From: Sphyrna mokarran
Lineage: Eukaryota
Reading direction: 5' to 3'
Assembly: GCA_024679065.1 (NCBI GenBank)
Contig: JAGIQG010000014.1
Span: 6,386,001 to 6,450,000 of the forward strand
DNA length: 64,000 nucleotides
The position numbers and the translations under genes were made by a program. Below are positions 34,380-48,079 of this stretch, piece by piece (the first letter of the stretch is position 1; every line of letters begins with the position of its first letter). The notes beneath the pieces were generated by a model. That model was given only the letters and a program-made list of their open reading frames with translations. It searched no databases and was not told the origin of the DNA.

Positions 34380-36960
34380 GCTTTGAGATTTGCATTTATT
34401 AATGGCACTTACTGTATTGTGTAAACATCCATGGAAGAATAAAATAGAGATTGGTTTCACGAATTGCAAAATTATTGAATATGCGATTTGTCGTTGTAAA
34501 GTGCGATCCCATCTATTCTTTGTCACTCTTTCCTGTGTAATGTTAAGTAACATCAATCAATCGGTTCTGTGTATAAAACAAAACAGAAAACACTGAATAA
34601 TGTCTGGCGATCCGACGAAAAATTGACACATAAACTTAGTTTTCTATACTCTCCAGAGATGCTGTCAGGCCTGATACGATTTCTGAGCATTTTCTATAAT
34701 TGCTTCAGATTGCAGCGTCCGCAATATTTTGCCGCCACTGCTCAATTTGTTCACTTGTGTTCAGCAATAATTCAAAGCGCTTGCATAGGCATCGCCATCC
34801 CAAAGCACTAATGATCCAGTCTTGTTGTTTTATAGTGGAATATCAGTCCAGAATTTTAGTTCAACTTTGTTAGTTTGATTTAAACTTCAAAACCGCTGTC
34901 TTCGTGTATTTTGTGTTTTTTCTTTACAGATTTAGGCTTTTATCACTTTTTCTCTGTATTAAACGAGCAAAGAACAAAGAAAATTACCGCACAGGAACGC
35001 AGCTCTCCCAGCCTGCACCGACCATGCATAGATAACCCTACAGATTAATGCACTAATGCATCCACAATCTATTTCCAAATATCACAACTATTAACAAGGT
35101 TAATGTATTTCGAGAGGAACTGAAGATTAAATAAGAATCTAATGCTTTAGTTCCACAGCACAATGGCAAGAAGCAGATTCCGGACATAGTGTGAGCTATT
35201 TGAGTATTTGAGACTAATATTTCTTTTAGGGAAGGATGCAAGACTCGTTTTCAACATTTTAACGCAGAAAGCGTCCGACAAGTTTAACTCACACAAGGTT
35301 AAGTCGTAAGAGAAAGCTCATGATATTCTTGTCAGTAAACCATGGAAAGAGGGCTGGCTAACGGGGAGGAAACAACGACTTGGGATAAGGGTTTCCTTTT
35401 CTCTTTGGCGATCAGTAACCAATGAACGCCCATGGGGATCAGTGCTGGGGCCACAATTGTTCATAATACATGTTAATAACTCGGAGATAGGAGGCGAATG
35501 CACCACAGTCAAATTGATAGGGAACACATATATAGGACAAAACTCTGATTGCGAGAATGATAAAAAAACATTTTATAACTCGGATATATTAATGAAGTGG
35601 GCAACGTTGCGTAAATATTTTATAACGTGGGAAAATGTCAGCCATATAGCGTCAAGAAAATGTTTTGAATATCTCAGTGAATTTGATAAACGCAGCAAGG
35701 ATCATTTCAAATGTCATCGCTATTATGCCTTAGGACGACCAACGTTTTATTGTTGAGGGCCTATGCTAAGTTCGTCACAAGTCTGACAGAGTGATTCAGA
35801 AACCATTTCACGAATGAAGTCAAAAATGTTAAAAAAAAATTCCATACTAGTCAATTCAACGAGTGATGTGAATCGTGTATGACAAATTAAAAATACTTTT
35901 GAGCTATGTGGCCAAAAACGCTGCTGTGGGATGAAATATTTTGCAGCTACAATCCCATATTTTTGATTGTCTGGAGGTAATGATGTTTGGAATTCATTGC
36001 AAATTTTGTGGTTTACAGTTTGAAAGTTGGTACTGGTCAGAGCCTTGGTGATGCCATGAAGACGGGAGGAATCTATCCAGATTTAGCGGAGACTGAACTG
36101 TGAATTGTTCATCCTATGTTCCAATCTCTTTTTGACTAAAAACGGCAACGCTGCAATAAATCCAGCTCTATATCTTCGATTGAAGTGTTCAAATAATAAT
36201 AAAGGTGGAATGTATTTCAATCATTCCTGGAACAAGCAAATTTAAAACTTTTGTCAAGAGTTTTGATTATCGGGTGGCCCGCTCGTGCATAGGTCGTTTT
36301 GACTTTGAAAATGTACTTTGTTAATATGAAAGAAGTCTTTTCAAACAAATCAAATTAAAAAGAGTGAAAGTTGAACAAAATTTTTAGCAGAGAAATTTGA
36401 AATGTATGATACTGCTGTTTTTAATGTTTTGTGGATCCACTTGCTTCAAAAAATTAATGCCACCAGAAAACCATTGCTAAAGTTTGATGTAACTTCACTA
36501 AACGTTTCAGATTTGTTAGCATCAGTTAAGAGTGTTGTCAAGCGTGTTCAAAATGATTACAATTCCATGGAAGCAGAGGTACACTAACGTTAGCAAAAAA
36601 AGAAATGACCTTTGGATGATGAAAAGCACGCAAGACAAAGCAAGTCAGTTTTTTTGATGAAACTAGAAACAATGGCACCGTTTTCGGAACGGAAATAAAA
36701 GATCATCATTGAGACTATCAATGTTACTTGTGACCAACGAATGATGAAATTGCAGAATAGAATGAATCCCTGAAGAAAACTGTAGACTTATCTTTGTGAA
36801 TTTCGATAGATGTTGGGATGAGAATACCAAAGGCTACTGAATGAGACCGCAGTATAGAATATTCTACTTGGCATTCTCAGATGAAGTATGTGTCGATTTC
36901 AATTCAGCAATTGCAGACATGATTTTTGGAAGTAAAAAAAAATACACGAAAGCAGTTAAC
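34380..36960 (+). mobile_element. Decayed hAT-Tip100/ZMYM1-like transposase; copy lacking the 3-kb CR1 and the SINE-like insert (interrupted ~34590-35640)
   Basis: IGFTNCKIIEYAI, CFEYLSEFDK..HF..LGRPTFY, GQSL.DA, KFEMYDTAVFNVLWIHLLQKINATRKPL..LLASVKSVV, FFDE, IETINVTCD. Confidence 0.75.
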
Positions 36961-38598
36961 CAGAAATGAAATTGCATACTATTGTGAACAGTGCTTTTCT
37001 GTCCTTTAGACGATGGAGGACGGGGCATGACGTCATTGGAATGATGGGCATGATGCAATTGAGGCGGGGTTGGCGGCTGATGTCAAGGTGAGCAATCCTT
37101 TTTCTTCATTATGGGATGGGGACACTGTTGGTAGAAGTCAGAATTCACTTTTAATCCCAAATCGTCCTTAAGAGAGCAGTTAGAGTCAAATAGGTTGCTG
37201 TATACCTGGACTGACGTGCAGACGACAGTAGGTGAGGATGGCATGTTTCCTTCCCCATTGGCATAAGAGATACCGACAACTATTTATGACAATTCATTCA
37301 TGGTGACCACAGGATTTTTTTAAATCATGATTTGTAATTCTGCACCCTGATGACAATTCACACCCAGAACTCCACAACATACGCTTTATGTCAGAATTTT
37401 ACAACTGGGTTTCAATGCTTCAAAGCCAACGACCTTTGCTGCTCAACAAACGTCACAAAATCAAGACACAGGACAAATAATCATACACACATGTACTCGG
37501 AAGATGCAGTTTGGTCAGGATTTTCTCAATGTTATTGGGAAAACTGTTCTGATGAGTTGATGCAATCGCCAGAATGCCAGACAACTGATTTCATCTCAAA
37601 CCTTCGGTGCCGGGCTGAAGAATAGCGTACGCTTCAGTGGCGCACAAAAGAAAAATTTCAAGGGAACTTTGCAAGTTATCATCCAAGACAACAAACATTT
37701 GCTCAAATTAATTACTAGCCAAGTGATCAGCGGAGACTTCTGCAAATACAATTTCAATGGATGAAATATCGTGTCCACACGGCAAGGAACTATTTTCATC
37801 GCTTATTGATTGACTGAAATCTCAAATAGGTAAAATATATCAACGCACTCTGAAATTTTCTTTGCAGCTCGGTTGCATTGAGGTCAATCGCCAGTAGTAG
37901 CTTGCTGCCACTCGTTCAGAGTGATGCAACATGTCCATCAAGCTGTGTCAAGCTCTGGCTCTCAAACTCTTACTGGTGCGTCAGAGGGACGGTAAAGAAT
38001 GCTACAAAGCCTAATCTATATTTCACGGTTAGGCAAGAGACACTCTGAAATAGTATCACTTCAAGTAATGTTTCATTAGCTCATACATATTGAAGTTCAA
38101 TTAGCATTGATAATGATAGATTAACACTAATGGTAAATTTGTAGTTTAATTCCTACAATTCAGTTTGTAGTAAAGACACTGGAAAGTAAGATAATTGTTA
38201 CAAATAATAACGGCTATTCATCACTAATTATCACAATGCCCATTAAATGAAAAGTTATGGACACAGGAGCGAAATACACGTGAGCTGAACATTGATGCAT
38301 GGTTTAAATAAGTGCATGATGAAGCTGACAGAATCAAACATTGTGTCCATGGGGATGGTTCATTCTGTCTTCAGCGAGCCAGCGCAGAACACATGTGCTC
38401 ATGGTCTAACATTGTGTCGATTGGCCAACCCGGATGCCCTCCAGAGGAAAGGGATTTTTTGATTTAATTTGCTGAAAGAGACGCAATTAATGCGTAGCCT
38501 GATTTTGCCCTCCGGGAATGTATTACATTACAAAAGGCGACAATCTAGGAATCTTTCACGCAATCGAGCGAAACGTTTGCATTCTTCTCGAAATCACA

Positions 38599-38668
38599 AT
38601 GGCCCGCCCATTAATTCTACAGATCAATGAACTTTTCTATCCCGTGCTGGCAGCTTTTGGTACGCCCG
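38599..38668 (+). CDS. gpr139-like: GPR139-like GPCR copy 4, coding exon 1 (MARPLILQINELFYPVLAAFGTP)
   Basis: acaATGG Kozak context, YPVLAAFGxP TM1 start, and donor G|gtaagt in phase 1. It joins CG at 41607 to give P-A-N-L-V-T. Confidence 0.9.
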
Positions 38669-38797
38669 GTAAGTCAATGTTGTTTCATAGTTGCGGAGTC
38701 CCGGTAATGGAGGGATTTAGAAAACTGATTTTAAAATAGGCCTTGGGAGTTCCCTGGGAAATGTGTAAATTTTCGATGATACTGATGTATTTGCTTT

Positions 38798-39271
38798 ATC
38801 CTACAGGGACTTCGGTCCGCCTTGTATAACAAGGGGCATACATGCGAGGGGCCGTGAGAGGGGTGCTCTTGGATTTTTCAAGAGTAGCGTTTTGCTTCAC
38901 ATTGTTAGTGTACGCTTCACCTGGGCCAGTTGGTGGGCAACACGACAGCTCAGTGACTATTGCTGTGCTGTGCAGATACATGGATTAGGGCCTGTGGCTG
39001 TGGGAGTTTGCGCATTCTCCCCGTTCTTGCGTGAGTTTTCTCCGGGTGCTCCAGTTTCCTCGCACATCACAACGATGTGCTCTTAGGCTGATTGGCAGAA
39101 TAAATTCTCCCTAAATTGTCTCAAATTTGGTTCTAATGCATAGATCTATAAAAATAGACAGGGATGACAGGGATCATGGGTAGAAGTGGGAACATCGAGG
39201 TGGCGGCGCGGGCTCGTTGTGCCGATGGGCCTGTTTAGCTGGCTGTTTTGTGTTTTGTTCTTTGTTCTTTG
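38798..39271 (+). mobile_element. Composite V-SINE-like element in the GPCR intron (~135-nt head, degenerate HE1-like tRNA head, V domain, CR1 tail)
   Basis: atcctacaggg head, gggcaacacgacagctcagtgactattgctg, V domain, gccgatgggcctgttt tail and ttgttctt repeats. Confidence 0.8.
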
Positions 39272-41606
39272 TCACTCACTGCTCATGACCCAGCAAACTG
39301 ATTGCGAGAAGGTCATTATTGCAATGTCTTTTCTCTGCCGAGATATATTGTTGAATATCAGTGAGAGTCTCAACGGGTGGCATGGCGTGTTAGCCGCGGT
39401 TCAGCTCAGAAGAATGTGACACCTGAAGTTTAAATTCCCTCCCAACATTAACGGAGATTGAGGCTGATACTCTTCCCTTCCGACAGTTCATAGATCTGTA
39501 TGTGAATTATTTGCAGTGACAATCTGTATTCTTACCCCATTAAGATGACAATACCTCGAAATGCGGCCTTTCCGGAAAGGAAAAATCACTGGAATGTATT
39601 TCAAGGAAAAATAAACCTGTTCAGGGACTGCTGTCTCCGCGGGGTAGCAAATCAGTTCCGTTGTTTCCTTTTCTGTGCCCGACAGCTCCCTTCCGCTGAT
39701 GATAAATGTTAGAATCCCACCGTTTCGAATTAATTTCTCTGGCTATTTTCTCATCTCACCGATTTATTTGAAAGACTATTATTATTTACATAACGAGTGA
39801 ATATTACGCTTACCGCCCCTGATATTGAACGCAGCTCTTGAAAGTAAACTTAAGACGCTAGGTTCAATGGATTGCCCCACCGTGCCGCCGCCCTCACTTA
39901 TACAATTGGTCGGTGCATCACCTGACACAAGCCTCGTGATGGATGGATTGAGTTGTCAAAGCTGCAGCACAGCGAATTACTTTAAAGAAATGAATCATTT
40001 GTTTGGTCGCATTTATTTTATTTATTTGTGTGATGTGGGCATCCACGTCCTTTATTTTTCATTTTTCGCTGCTCTTCGGATACGGGTGGTGAGTTGCCTT
40101 CCTGATTCGCTGCAGTCCAAGTTGTAAGTGTACGCACGGAGCTGGTAGAGGAAAAGGGAATTCAAAGATTTTGACACAATTACAGCGAAGGAACAGCGAT
40201 GTATTTTCCACTCAGATCGTTCAATGACTTTGTGACAACGTTAAAATGGTGGTGTTCCCACATATCTGCTGCCCGTTACTTTTTAGATGATAGTGGTCGA
40301 GGGTTTGGTATAATGCTGTATAAGGTGCCTGGTGAGTTCCGTAAATGCTGCTCACAGCTACTATAGCGCGTCCGCGGTAGATAGTGAACATTTTGTGGGC
40401 GGGTTAGTAATCCAACTGCCTGCATCGACCTTCATTGTCTAGAACATCTTGAGGGTCTTCGGAGCTGCGTTCGGGCAGGTAAGTGGAGAGTATTCCATCA
40501 CTCCATCACTTATAAACAGTGCATAAGATTTTGGGAGACAAGAGATCTATTATTCACCGCAGGATTCCAAACCGCTGATTTGCTTTTGTGGACATTATTT
40601 ATTTGCTAAAATAAGCAAAACGCAGTGGAAACTGGAATCTGAAACAAAAGTAAGGAATGCTAGAAAAAGTGCCGACTATTTTCTTCCCGACGAAGCTGGC
40701 AGCCCTGCTGAGATTTTCTAATCTTTTTTTCATATGGCGCGCACAGTTCAGGTAGTGTTTATGGTTGATGCTAATAATTGTGAACTCAATGATGGTATCG
40801 AATGTCAAAGGGAAATTGTTAGATTATGTATTATGTAAGCGGCCATTCCCTGAAATTTGCGTGACGTAGCCATTATTTCGCACTGGTCAGCCCAAATCTG
40901 GATTTTGTCCCCATCTTGCTTCATTTGGAACCGGCTGCTTCGGTATCTGGAGACTCAAATCTGATACGATACATTGTGTAGCCATCAATGATCATTCCCA
41001 ATTCTGACCTTACATTGGAATAATATAGAAGAAGATGACGACGTTTGAGCGTAGGACACTCATGGAGGAAATGACAAAATGTACAATTTATTGAGGAAAT
41101 CGGAATTTCCTTCCTGAGTATTTCCCTTAGGGCACGCGGCATAAGGTTTGATTTCGAATTAGGGTGAATGGAGTCTCCGACCAGTGTCAGGGGTGGTGCT
41201 TAATGTAATAAAACCTATATAGATGCAAAGAGGCTGATCCCAGATCACCCGGTTTATACAAGTCTGCGAAATCATAACTGATGCCTTTTAAGATTTGGGT
41301 TCTTTAGTTGTCGATGGTGCTGAGAAGAGCTTTCCATTAACGTTCTGTAGACTGAATCTGGCGACCCTCCCCTCAACATGTAGAAAAGATTATACTTCAG
41401 TTATTGCAACTGGGAGAACATCGCTGGTGCCTAAATATTGAGTTTAAGGTGATCTATATCAATAAATATATCACCTCTGCTGTCTTGTACAATAAACTGA
41501 GTCCATGTCTATAACTGAACAAAAGTGCATCCAAACATTTCACTAAAGTATGCTGAGTGTAACCAAATTGTTTCCATGACTTGGTTCTTCTCCCTTGTTT
41601 TTACAG

Positions 41607-42538
41607 CGAATCTCGTGACCATCGTGATCCTCGCCAAAGGAAATTGCGGCCTTTCCAGATGTGTCTCTATCTACATGGTGGCCATGGCAACCGCAGATTT
41701 GTTAGTGATGCTTATCAATGTAATTTTGTACAACGTTTTGAGAAAACGTTTTCCAAATTCATTCCTCTCCTACACTGTTGTTTGCAAATTAATGATATAT
41801 ATGCTTTGTAATAACCTGTATATGTCAGTATGGTTTACAGTCTCATTCACTTTTGACCGATATATTGCTATATGTAGTCAGAAGTTTAGAACAATCTATT
41901 GCACCGCGAGAACAGCGGCTGCAGTTTTAACAACATCCTCAGTCCTTATCTATTTGCAGAACTTGTACATTTGGTTTGCATTTAAACATAAGAACACTAT
42001 TAATGGTGTTCAATGGGGTGTCGTCCCTAGGCAGGATTTTTATACTTCTCAAATTGGTGATGCAGTTGTCTTGTTACAAAGTATTTTATTGAACTTAATT
42101 CCCTTCAGTTTGGTATTGCTATTTAATTTTTTGACAGTCAGAAGGATTTTGTTGTCCAGCAAAGCGCGTGCCGGCCTGCGGGGTCATAACAGTGAGAATC
42201 AGAATGATCCAGAGATACAGAACCGAAAGAAATCCATTATTTTATTGTTCACTATTTCTAGTAGTTTTGTATTGTTGTGGGCGACAAGAGTCATTAGTTA
42301 TCTGGCCAGTCGGATGCTTGTTTATGTCCGGTTGGATTACACATCTGCTGCATATATCGCCACCGAAACTGGAACACTGCTCATTCATTTAAGTTCATGC
42401 ACGAACACGTGCATTTATGCAGCTACACAATCTAAATTCAGGGAAGAGCTGAAGAAGATTGTGAAATTTCCTTGGACCATAATTCTGATGTTGCAAAAAT
42501 ATGTGAAATTAAACCTAGTCTTCCTGTTCAGGCAGTAG
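41607..42538 (+). CDS. gpr139-like: GPR139-like GPCR copy 4, coding exon 2 (spliced product 333 aa, intact)
   Basis: Acceptor ttttacAG at 41605-41606 and an uninterrupted 7TM frame with DRY and NTCIY. Confidence 0.9.
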
Positions 42539-42764
42539 TGAAGTACATGTTTGAATGCCGGCCTTCCTGCTACAAAAACATAACGTGTTTCTTTAAATAA
42601 GGGACTCTAGAAGGACTGGGCCATGCTTTGTTGTATCTTCTGATGCCTACTGCTATTCGTCAGTAAGTTTTGGTGTTTTCTTCTGTAGCGGCTTACTCCA
42701 ATCAGTGTGCAATCAGTGAAAATACGAATGTTATCATTCAATAGTTGGAGTAAAATGGGTTCGC

Positions 42765-45700
42765 ATCAGTCCTAACTACCGTACAATGTACGGGAATTCT
42801 TACACCGCATGTTATACGATACAGCGCAGGTACTGTCTTGCAGCCCATCTATTGCCTTACATTCTAAGTGCTATCTTAAAGTATAGGAAATGCGTTGAAC
42901 CATAGCTACTGCCTACACCGCAGGTACTGACTACAGTACAGGTGAAACATTACACAGCAGGTATTGCTCACACAACAAGGGCTGTCTTGTATTTTCTCCG
43001 CAGGCTCACCGCAGATACACCCTTAAACCAGATGAACCACCTTCCAGCACAGGTGATTTATTGTATGACAGGAATCGTCCTGCACTGCAGGCACTATCCT
43101 GAATCACACTACTGCCTTATGCTGCGACTTCTGCCTGATACCGCAGCACTACCTTACACGTCACTGCCTCACATCGCAGGCAATGCATACACCACACTTT
43201 CTCCCATAAACCACAGTGGCTGCCTTATACCACATACTACCTTACACCACAGGCGCCACATTACACCGCAGGTATTACCTTGAACCGCGGACTCTGCATT
43301 ACACCACAGATGCGGCCTTGAATCAAAGATGCTGTTTCGTGCTTGAACTACTTCACAACACAACAGGTACACCGCAGGCAACTGCTTACCCAGCAGCTAG
43401 TGCTGGAAACCGTGCTACATTACATTTGAAGCGCTGTCTTGCACCGCAGGTTCTGTCTTACGTACAGGCGATTCACCGCAGCACAGCTACTGCCATTCCT
43501 CTCATGTTCTTCCTTATAGAACAAATATGTCTTACACCGATCGTTCTGCCTTACACCGCAGGTACTGCCTTACACCAGAGTTTCTGGTTACAGCACAGTT
43601 GCTCTCGAACTCCGCACCCAATGTCTCACACCGCAGGTTCTCCTTGAAAACACATTCGCTCTCTTCGAGCACAATACTAACTTGAACCAAAGGCACTACC
43701 TTGAACCACTGAGACCGCATTGTACAACAGTTTTTACACCGAGGCTACTTTCTTGCAAAAACGATTCCGCCTTACGCCAGGAATTTTATTGCACAACAGA
43801 TAATGCCTTGCACTATACCTAATGATTTGCACAACAGATATTACACCTACTGCCTTATGCCACAGGTTCTGCCTTACACTGCAGGTATCACTGACTCTAA
43901 AGGAACTAACTCACACTGCGTACGTTGCCTAAAAACGCAGTGTCTATGTAAACCATAGGTAGTTGAATTGAATCTACTAATTGAACCATTGAATCTACTT
44001 CCTTACAACATAGCTACTGCTTTACATCACAGGTAATGCCCTGCACTGCAAGCACAGCATAGCTCCACAGCTACTGCCTTATACCATAGATGGTCCCTTA
44101 GAAAGCAGATGCTTTATACCGCAGATGCTACCTTAAACCACAAGTTTTGTGTTCTGCCACCGATGCCACTTTGCACCTCAAGGAACGTTTAATAATGCAC
44201 CAGTGACACTATTGTGCTCTAAGAAATGCAATTTAATCATGTTCTCTGCAGTAATAGGCTGACATTGAGCTGCCTTCTAAATGTCATTTAATTGTTCTTA
44301 AGTTATTAAATTGTTTATTTATTTATTTTCAATCTAGGTGTAATGCATTCTCATGGAGTTTATGGCAATTTTGGAATTGCTGGGGCAGATTTTTGACAGG
44401 ACAAGCGGAAGAGTTTTATTTTTTCCTCGCAGGAATTCTTTCGCTTTCAGTTTCTCTTGCTGATTTGTTAGAACTTGTTCGGACTCCAGGCTGGATGCAG
44501 TGGTGTATCCCTACCTGCCATTAAAAATTCTGCTGGTGAGTGGAATTAGACTTTCGTACTTTTCAACATGAACATTTTGCTGTTGGTAGTTTATTAGCTG
44601 GAGGAAAGCAGTGGCACTGTATGCACAGTGTGGGAGTCTATGAATGCAGAAGGCAGTGTTTTATTTCTCCATCCAAGGGACCACATGGTTTGCAGAACTG
44701 AAACGTCATTGAGCATTTGTATTTTCTGTGTTAAATCGAAATTAGGTGCATATGTTAGTAAGTATGTCGTGTTGGTACGGCACATTGTGCTCTGAAGATT
44801 GACATATCATGGTTGTTTATGTTATTGTTTGCGATTGGTAAAAGTTACTGCTAATTTTCTTTCTGTCTGTTAACTGTATACTGGAATTAAATTTTCTGAT
44901 CGCACCTCACTGGTCTGTCGTTTAATTCATATCTGAGGTGAAGCATCTCATGGTTATCCACACCAAATTCAAAACGCAAAACATAAGGTTTTATGACTCC
45001 ATGAAACACATGAAATTTCTGACCTGGATTTTAACCAGGCAAGTACTGCCTTACACCACAATTGTTGCGTTACAAAGACAGGTGTTGTCTTACGCATATG
45101 CACTTGCTTACATCATAGCTTCGGCCTAACAGTACTGGAGCTTTTTGCCAGCGCAGGAACTGATTGCACCAAAGGTATTGTATTGCATTATACTCACATC
45201 CTTACACTGCACGCATTGCTTTACGCCACAGCTATACCTTCGAAATCCAAATACTGTGTTCACTGTACGACATTCCTCACAGAGCAGTGAAAATGTCACA
45301 TAGATGGTACTGTCTTACACCGTCGGACAATATCTCACTCCAAAGATACTGCCTTCACCAGAGGAACTGCCTGCTTTTCATTAGTGTCTTATATTGCAGG
45401 TACTGCACTATATCAAAGGTTTATATAACTGGTGCCACGTACTACAGATATGTTGCCTGGCGCCGCAGATATATCTTAAACCGCAGGAAGTGCCTTACAC
45501 CACATGTTCCACTTTGGACCACAGATACTGCCTTATTTCACAAATGCTGCCTTGCACGAAAGTTAATACCCTACACCACAGTTCTGCCTTGCAGATCAGT
45601 TATCCTCTGAAACTGTTGGATCAGACTTAAATCACATGTGCCTTAACTGGTTATGCCTTACACCGCAGCTAATGCATTACACCACAAGTACTACCGGACA

Positions 45701-45860
45701 CTGCGGTTTCCTCTAAAACTATAGCAATTGTTTCAGACCAGATACTGCTTTGTTCGTGGATTGACTTACACTACAGTTGCTGTGTAACACAGAGTTAGTG
45801 CCTTGCACTACAACTGACGCGCCAGATTACAGGCAGCATCAGACCACAGATACTCGCAGG
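42765..45860 (+). repeat. 19-bp minisatellite, unit 4 (interrupted ~44190-45040; ~570 bp internal deletion at ~43960)
   Basis: Same periodicity, compared with unit 2. Confidence 0.8.
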
Positions 45861-47974
45861 TGCCACCTGATGATTTTTGTGTCGTAATGTCACTCCCTAA
45901 TTCAATGCCAAATGTACTTTAAATGAATATAATCTTTCCGCTCTTTGTCATTTGTCTCCGATCCATCAGTTCATCCAAGTAGTCTGCGTTTATTTGTCCT
46001 GTTGTAGTTCTTCTCGTATGCATCACATGATCAGAATTCGTCAACATGCATTGCCCTGATATCAATTCAGAACCTGCAGAATGTCAATAGGCGCAGTTTA
46101 CCCAGATGATTAATCGCTTCTTCCAGGAGATTGCATTGTTTTTGCATTACTGATGAGCACATAACAGTTGATATAGTTTGGCAGCTGTAGCAATGAAAGG
46201 GAAATGCAGGATAAATACCAGTCAAACTTCTTCAACCCCTCTATTTGGAATAGTTTGCCAGAAAGTAAAAGAATGTTTCTTATCCAGTGTTGTGCACAGG
46301 CTGGCCTTCACTGCGGCTGTGCGTGTTAAATTACTGAACTAGACATGAAACAATCGAAATGTAGTTTAGGCGTTGTAATAAACAATTGCCCCAAAACACG
46401 CTCCATTATGTGGGCAATATTTCTGCAAGAAATTATCAATATAAGGAAGAGAGTGAGTACACACGTCAAACCCAACCGGAAGACTCAGGTCTTACACACA
46501 AATGATGGCAAATTGAATAAAGGAAGGGAGTAGGTTTTATCCATTTGTGCGACGGGGGAGCTGTTGGCCTCGGATACAATTTACTGTTCATCTCAAATGG
46601 CCCCTGAGAGAACATTTAGCAGTCAATTAGATTGTTATGTGGTTCGAGAAAGGAAAAGAAGAACTGACCTGAAATATGTGTGCTTCTTCCAATCGTTTCA
46701 ACAGAAGCAGATAAAAGTGCAAGTAAGCAGGCATAAATCCTCAGCTATTACTTTTCCTTCAGGAAGAGAAGTTCGCGCTGTCTCATCACAGTCACTTCAG
46801 CAGAGCGCTTCAATCCTGAAAGCGATTAAATGAAGGCACCCAAAGGTTTGAACATGGCGCCTTTACAGTGCACAATGGGACTTCCGTATTGACAAGACGC
46901 GGATGTGCGACGCACAATCTCCTTACGGCGTGATTTTGTACGGACGATATGACCCAATAACTTGCTCATTTTTTGTGGCTTCCTGAAATTGAAAGCAGCG
47001 CCCATGCACTGAGTAGCACATTGAAACACCTGGTTTAATGTTTTATGGCCAATTTGAAGCAGCATAGCTGCCTTCACTATTTGACTAAAGGCATGACTCC
47101 CTTTTTTATTTTCATATTCCGATCTTTGGTAATTTACCCTCTCCAGTGCATTTCCCTCACATACAGACTGACTTCATTTTAGAAGTCGTCTGACTTTCAC
47201 TTGCCAGTAGTGTGTGATACGACAATTGTTGTTACCCACTGTCTGCACTCCTTCTTCGGCGGGTTTGAAGATTGCATTAATTTTGGGGAAACAAAGAACC
47301 AGAGACGGATTGTGCGTGTCAGAAAGGGTATTATTTGGTGTTCGATGGGTTTGAGTGTCAATGCAGTAAACTGTGCTCTAAATTGTGTGAATCATAAATG
47401 CTAGAGGTGTAAGTCGGTAGATCAATCCGAGTCTTAATCAAAGAAATTTCACTATTTATCCCTCCCGAGTCTTTCCTATCTCACGTACAGTAACATAAAT
47501 TGTTGCATCCTTTCACACAGTTCTTGCTGCAACCATTCAACACGTTGATGGTGCATTTGCAAAAACCTGCAACAAAAACAACATAATAAGTATGAATCTG
47601 CTGCAGCAAATAACGGATCAAAAGAGGTGTACAGTGGTCGATGACAGCTAACAGAGATTTCCCAAATACGTCACGGAGCGCAAGCCAAAGGGAATTTTGA
47701 TGATAGCATTAACGTGCATTTTAGCAGTGCAATGTAAGAAACTGTGTGAAACGGAAGATAGGTTCGAACTTTATGAATGCAAAACTGAAGAACGAAGGAT
47801 AGATGTATTTGCGGGGGAGGTGCAACATTGGAATTAAACTGATTCAGAAAGGGAGGATAACCAACAAATTTTAATACTAACATACTATGGTCCTCCAGAA
47901 GTTTTATACAACATTTCCTGTCTTTCTCGATGTCGCTGTTTTGATTTGACGCCATGCTTAGAACAAATTCAAAA

Positions 47975-48048
47975 AGGCACCGCTGTGATTTGAATTCAAG
48001 ATGCCCTGTTTACTAGGCAAGCGCTTTGACTAACTAAGCAATTTGCAG
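47975..48048 (-). pseudogene. tRNA-Thr(AGT) pseudogene
   Basis: Paralogue of 7596-7669. The ctAGTaa anticodon loop is retained; D loop and B box are degenerate. Confidence 0.75.
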
Positions 48049-48079
48049 TTGCCGTTGCGCCGGGAAAGCTTCGGACTGC

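Noticed and set aside
34605-34650. ccgacgaa..taaactt as a Penelope-type hammerhead remnant
   Set aside because: The core nucleotides (CTGA, GAAAC) are mutated; too degenerate to call.
41525-41606. N-terminal extensions in the ORF track (MHPNIS.., MYKRAK..) for copies 2-5
   Set aside because: They rely on GTG or similar starts inside the intron; exon 1 at 38599 and 52035 gives the true N-terminus with matching phase.
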